64,000 bases of DNA. It comes from Vitrella brassicaformis CCMP3155 (taxonomy: Eukaryota; Protista; Chromerida). Below, one piece after another: positions 60,690 to 64,000 of the stretch. The position numbers and the translations under genes were made by a program. The notes beneath the pieces were generated by a model. The model saw only the letters and a list, made by a program, of their open reading frames with translations. It made no database searches and was not told the DNA's origin. The stretch is from NCBI GenBank assembly GCA_001179505.1, contig CDMY01000456.1:248001-312000 (forward strand). Reading direction: 5' to 3'. Within the stretch, counting starts at the first letter, position 1. Every line of letters starts with the position of its first letter.

Positions 60690-61114
60690 CACGATAACAG
60701 TCTCCGACGAGATCTACGAGCTCTCTCACAGTGTCCTCTCTCTCGAGTGCAGCAAACACAGAGTGCAGCGCTGCGGGCGGATGCGACACAGACGGCCAAG
60801 CCACGAGATGAGACAACCTGGGTGGGTAGGAGGCGACAGCGCCGACACGTAGACAGATCTATGTTCATTCCGCGGGTCCGCTCCCCTCCCCTCCCCCTCT
60901 TCCCCTCTTCCCCTCCCCTACTCTACGCTCGCATCGCTCGATCCGAAGAGAGGAGATCTTTTCCAGCGAGAACGCACGATAAGACAGCATGAGCCTTTCC
61001 GCGTTACCGACTGCCACATGAGGGGTCAAAAAGCGGAAACAATTCATTGCCCCCTCAGGCCTCCTTTGCCGCCGTGTTATTCCCTCGACAGTCCATCCTG
61101 TCAGTGCAACACCA

Positions 61115-62237
61115 ATGGCCCCTCGCACTTCGGTGGTCTCTCTGATGGCCTTCATCGCCCTCGCCATCGCATCAGCAGCACCATTCGCCATGAGAGGTAC
61201 ACACACACACACGCACACACACACGCACACGATGGTATAAGCGCCCGTCGGTGGCTGCAGGTGTGCAGGAGAGAGAGGCCCACAGGCAGCTGCAGGGCGA
61301 AGAGGCACTGTGCCTGGAGATCTGCAAGACTTTCTGCGACTCTTACTGCTTGGGCCAAGGGGACGACTGCACGGCCGAGTGCAGCAGTTGCCCGCCGGGC
61401 TGCTCTGAGGGATTGCGTGGCCGCCGGCTCCAGCAGCAGCGACTCCGGCGGCAGCGACTCCGGCGGCAGCGACTCCGGCGGCAGCGACTCCGGCAGCAGC
61501 GACTCCGGCGGCAGCGACTCCGGCGCCAGCGACTCCGGCGCCAGCGACTCCGGCAGCAGCGACTCCGACAGCAGGGACTACGAAGAGGACTCCTCTACTG
61601 CCGGCAGCGACTACCGGGAGCTTCAGGAGTGCAAACACACCTGCCACGACGTCGACATTTGTGATGACTGCCGGTTGGGCCAGTGGAACGAATACGCGGC
61701 GGCTACCAGGTACGTCAGGAGAGAGAGGGGCTTACAGACAGACAGACAGACGGTAGGAGACGAGCACACGCACGCAGCATCCATCCATCCATCCATCCAT
61801 TCACCCATTCCTGTCTGGCTGGGGCTACTTGTGTGTGTGCAGGTCTATACGGTAGGGCGCAATGGGTCATGCGGTGCTGTCTGGGCACGTCTTCGGACGA
61901 CTGTTCTCTACCCCGGGTTCTTCATTGTGGACAGCGGTGCTGCGGCACATGCGACGAAGAGAGCAGCAATACGACGGCAGAGGGAGGGGCGCTGCGGCAG
62001 CTTCAGGAGGGGTGCACACGTGTGTGCATCAACGGCGTGTGCAGGACGCTCTGCGAGATGGGAAATGCTGTCAACCGCACTGTGGTCGTACACTCTGCGG
62101 CACACGCTGCAGAGAGCCCGTCTGTGAGTTTGTTTGTCGGTCTCTTGGCCTTGATGCTGTGCATCAATCATGTTTTCCATACGCTAACTCACGGAAGGGA
62201 GAGGGGAGGGGAGAGGAGGGGGCAGCGCAGCTTTTAG
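61115..62237 (+). CDS. Secreted or surface Cys-rich protein with (SDSGG)n spacer; frameshifted (assembly error or decaying gene)
   Basis: Signal MAPRTSVVSLMAFIALAIASAAP; CLEICKTFCDSYC..C; RxLQ motifs; CCGTC; C-terminal hydrophobic stretch. The coherent reading switches frame near 61430 and 61696. Confidence 0.6.
61438..61572 (+). repeat. 15-nt coding tandem repeat, 9 copies (AGCGACTCCGGCGGC)
   Basis: Counted directly. Reads SDSGG in one frame and QRLRR in another. Confidence 0.95.
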
Positions 62238-62699
62238 CTTTTTTCGGCGAGACGGGCCAGCAGATTTTCCACTCTTTTTGGCTGTGACGCTCTGCGCTGG
62301 TTTTTGCTGTTTGTTGTGTGGGAGGGAGGTGAGTCTGTCTGTCTGTCAACGTATGTTCAACACGAAGGCCCTGGATGGATAAGTGGGTGAGCCGTGGTTA
62401 GCTCTTCTACGGTAGAATGCATAGAGATCAGCACACAGTAAGTACCAAACAAACGCTGCGACCGTAGAGAGTGACAAATTCAAACAAAGCTGCCTGCCAC
62501 CCCATGCCATGCCATGCACCGGCTCACAAATACACAAACACATACATACATAAACACATGCGACGTATGATTGGATTGGTGCAGACAGACATACCTAAGC
62601 TCCTGTCTGTCATTGGTAGGAGCACAAGGACAGACACAGCCATCTCCCTCCACTCGCAAATACATACATACTCATCTCACCATCAGCCCCGCCCGCGAC

Positions 62700-63917
62700 T
62701 CACACACATGGCCCGGCGTGTTTGACTGAAAGGGCCTCACCCACCACCCCACCCGTCCCCGCCCGCACACAATTGGCGTTCCACAGATGGCATGCGTTCA
62801 TGAAGGTCTGCCCGCTGGTCGCACACACGGGCTGATGTACACCCCAACACGGCCTCGTGCACCCGTCGCCCTCCCTCTTTTCGGCGGCCCCCCGGCATTT
62901 CCGCCGTCTCTCGAGCAGGTCGATCATTCTCTGCACGTGCTGCGAGTTGGGGCTGGGTGCGAAGCACCTGATCCAGTCGACTTGGAAGGTGTTGCTGTCC
63001 TCGTTGGCTTCCCGGTGTGTGGTGGCGATGGAGCTGAGGACGGTGTGCTGGGGGAGTGGCTGAATGCCCTCAAACAGCTGCAGCTGAGACAGCTCGGAAT
63101 CCTCATGCAAGATGCCCTGGGGCAACACACACACACACACACACAGGGAGAGGGGAAACTGATCGCCGGTGTGGCTAGCGCACAGCCACCGTGCACACGT
63201 AGCCCACCTGTATGTGTGGATTGTCGCTCTCGCCTTCGTTGGGCACGTGAAGGTCCCCTCCTTCCTGTACCCCCACACACGCAAGCAAGCCGTCACGTGA
63301 GTGCCCCACCACTGTGTGCGCGCGCGTACGTAGAAAGCGACGTAAAAGTCGTTGAATTCCATGGAGAACACCCTGTCCGTCATGGTCAGATTCCGAAACT
63401 TGGGTAAGTTTGTCCAGGCGATGGAATCCTTTTCTCTGAGAGGCTGGTTTCTCGTCTGTGAGCCCACGATCCTAGCCGTCTCCTCGACACACAGATCGGC
63501 TGCCGTCTGGTTGTCGTTGACGCTGGCCCTGATGGCGTCGCCGAATGCCCTCTCGATTGCTTGTGACGCGTTGGCCAGCTGATAGTCGACCACTTCTCTG
63601 GGCTTGAACATATACGCCCCTTGGTAGGTCATGAGAGTGCCATCGAGGTTGGGTGGGTGGACTGTCATCTAGAGAGGGAAACCCGACATGCATCGACAGT
63701 GACCCACAGGTACGTACGCAAAATACCTGTTCGAACATGTCCATCTCAAGATAGAAAAAATCGTCTGTCTCTAGTGCAGAATCAGATCCCGCCGGTTTTC
63801 CCCGTGTCCACACCTGGATAAAATCGGGTCCACAGAGAAACGGACATAGAAGGAGCCTTCATCTCTTTCCATTCATCCCTTCTTACGGTCTCATGGTACC
63901 CGTAATTGCCCTCAACC
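62700..63917 (-). CDS. GH16-like glycoside hydrolase with C-terminal Kazal domain (5' part outside window)
   Basis: E-M-D-M-F-E catalytic-type motif at 63730-63747, FQVDWIRCF, and Kazal CTRPCWGVHQPVCATSGQTFMNACHLWNANC..HAGPC*. Confidence 0.75.
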
Positions 63918-64000
63918 CTGCACAATACCCGCACACACAACACACACACAAACAGACATCGGTCGAAATGCTCATTCGCTCTGCTCACGTGACTTTCACG

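Noticed and set aside
61438-61572. Regular repeat that could be mistaken for a CRISPR array
   Set aside because: Contiguous 15-nt coding units with no spacers, in a eukaryotic gene with no cas genes.
63780-63890. Apparent frameshift in the GH16 gene between the 63782-63988 and 63472-63813 ORFs
   Set aside because: Explained by a 73-nt GTAAGA..TTTTATCCAG intron (63886-63814) in phase 0.
1-64000. Many 60-270 aa ORFs rich in CV/HT/DR/SL dipeptides or antisense to real exons
   Set aside because: They are read-throughs of intronic microsatellites or shadows of GC-rich coding sequence.
1-64000. tRNA, rRNA, transposon or viral elements
   Set aside because: I saw no cloverleaf or rRNA motifs, transposase/RT/integrase motifs, LTRs or terminal inverted repeats by eye. 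tRNAscan, Infernal and RepeatModeler runs would be needed to exclude them fully.

Overview
Eukaryotic nuclear DNA, GC-rich and very intron-dense, with (CA)n/(GACA)n/(GGAT)n microsatellites filling the introns. The style is consistent with a chromerid such as Vitrella brassicaformis (inference, not database-checked). I rebuilt about 27 protein-coding loci by hand from splice phases: cyclin, ABCB6/HMT1-like transporter, BCAS3, GT47 exostosin, Trk/HKT cation transporter, acid lipase, calreticulin, claudin-like tetraspan protein, RanBP9/10, ammonium transporter, NCS2-like permease, START protein, AT3 acyltransferase, a GH16-like protein and several hypotheticals. Most sit in tight head-to-head pairs. 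I saw no tRNA, rRNA, CRISPR array or transposon. Best leads: (1) an ammonium transporter fused to a C2-like domain, which a +1 shift at its TAA would join to a novel six-repeat, roughly one-repeat-per-exon protein with RKATG (histone H3 tail-like) and VxF motifs; (2) a nucleobase-type permease fused to a Tudor/SH3-like domain; (3) a GH16-like hydrolase ending in a Kazal domain. About ten single-base lesions (frameshifts, in-frame stops, one GT-AC intron) occur in unrelated genes. Most fall in short homopolymers, so assembly error is the leading explanation and must be excluded before invoking recoding. All exon structures are manual inferences without RNA evidence.
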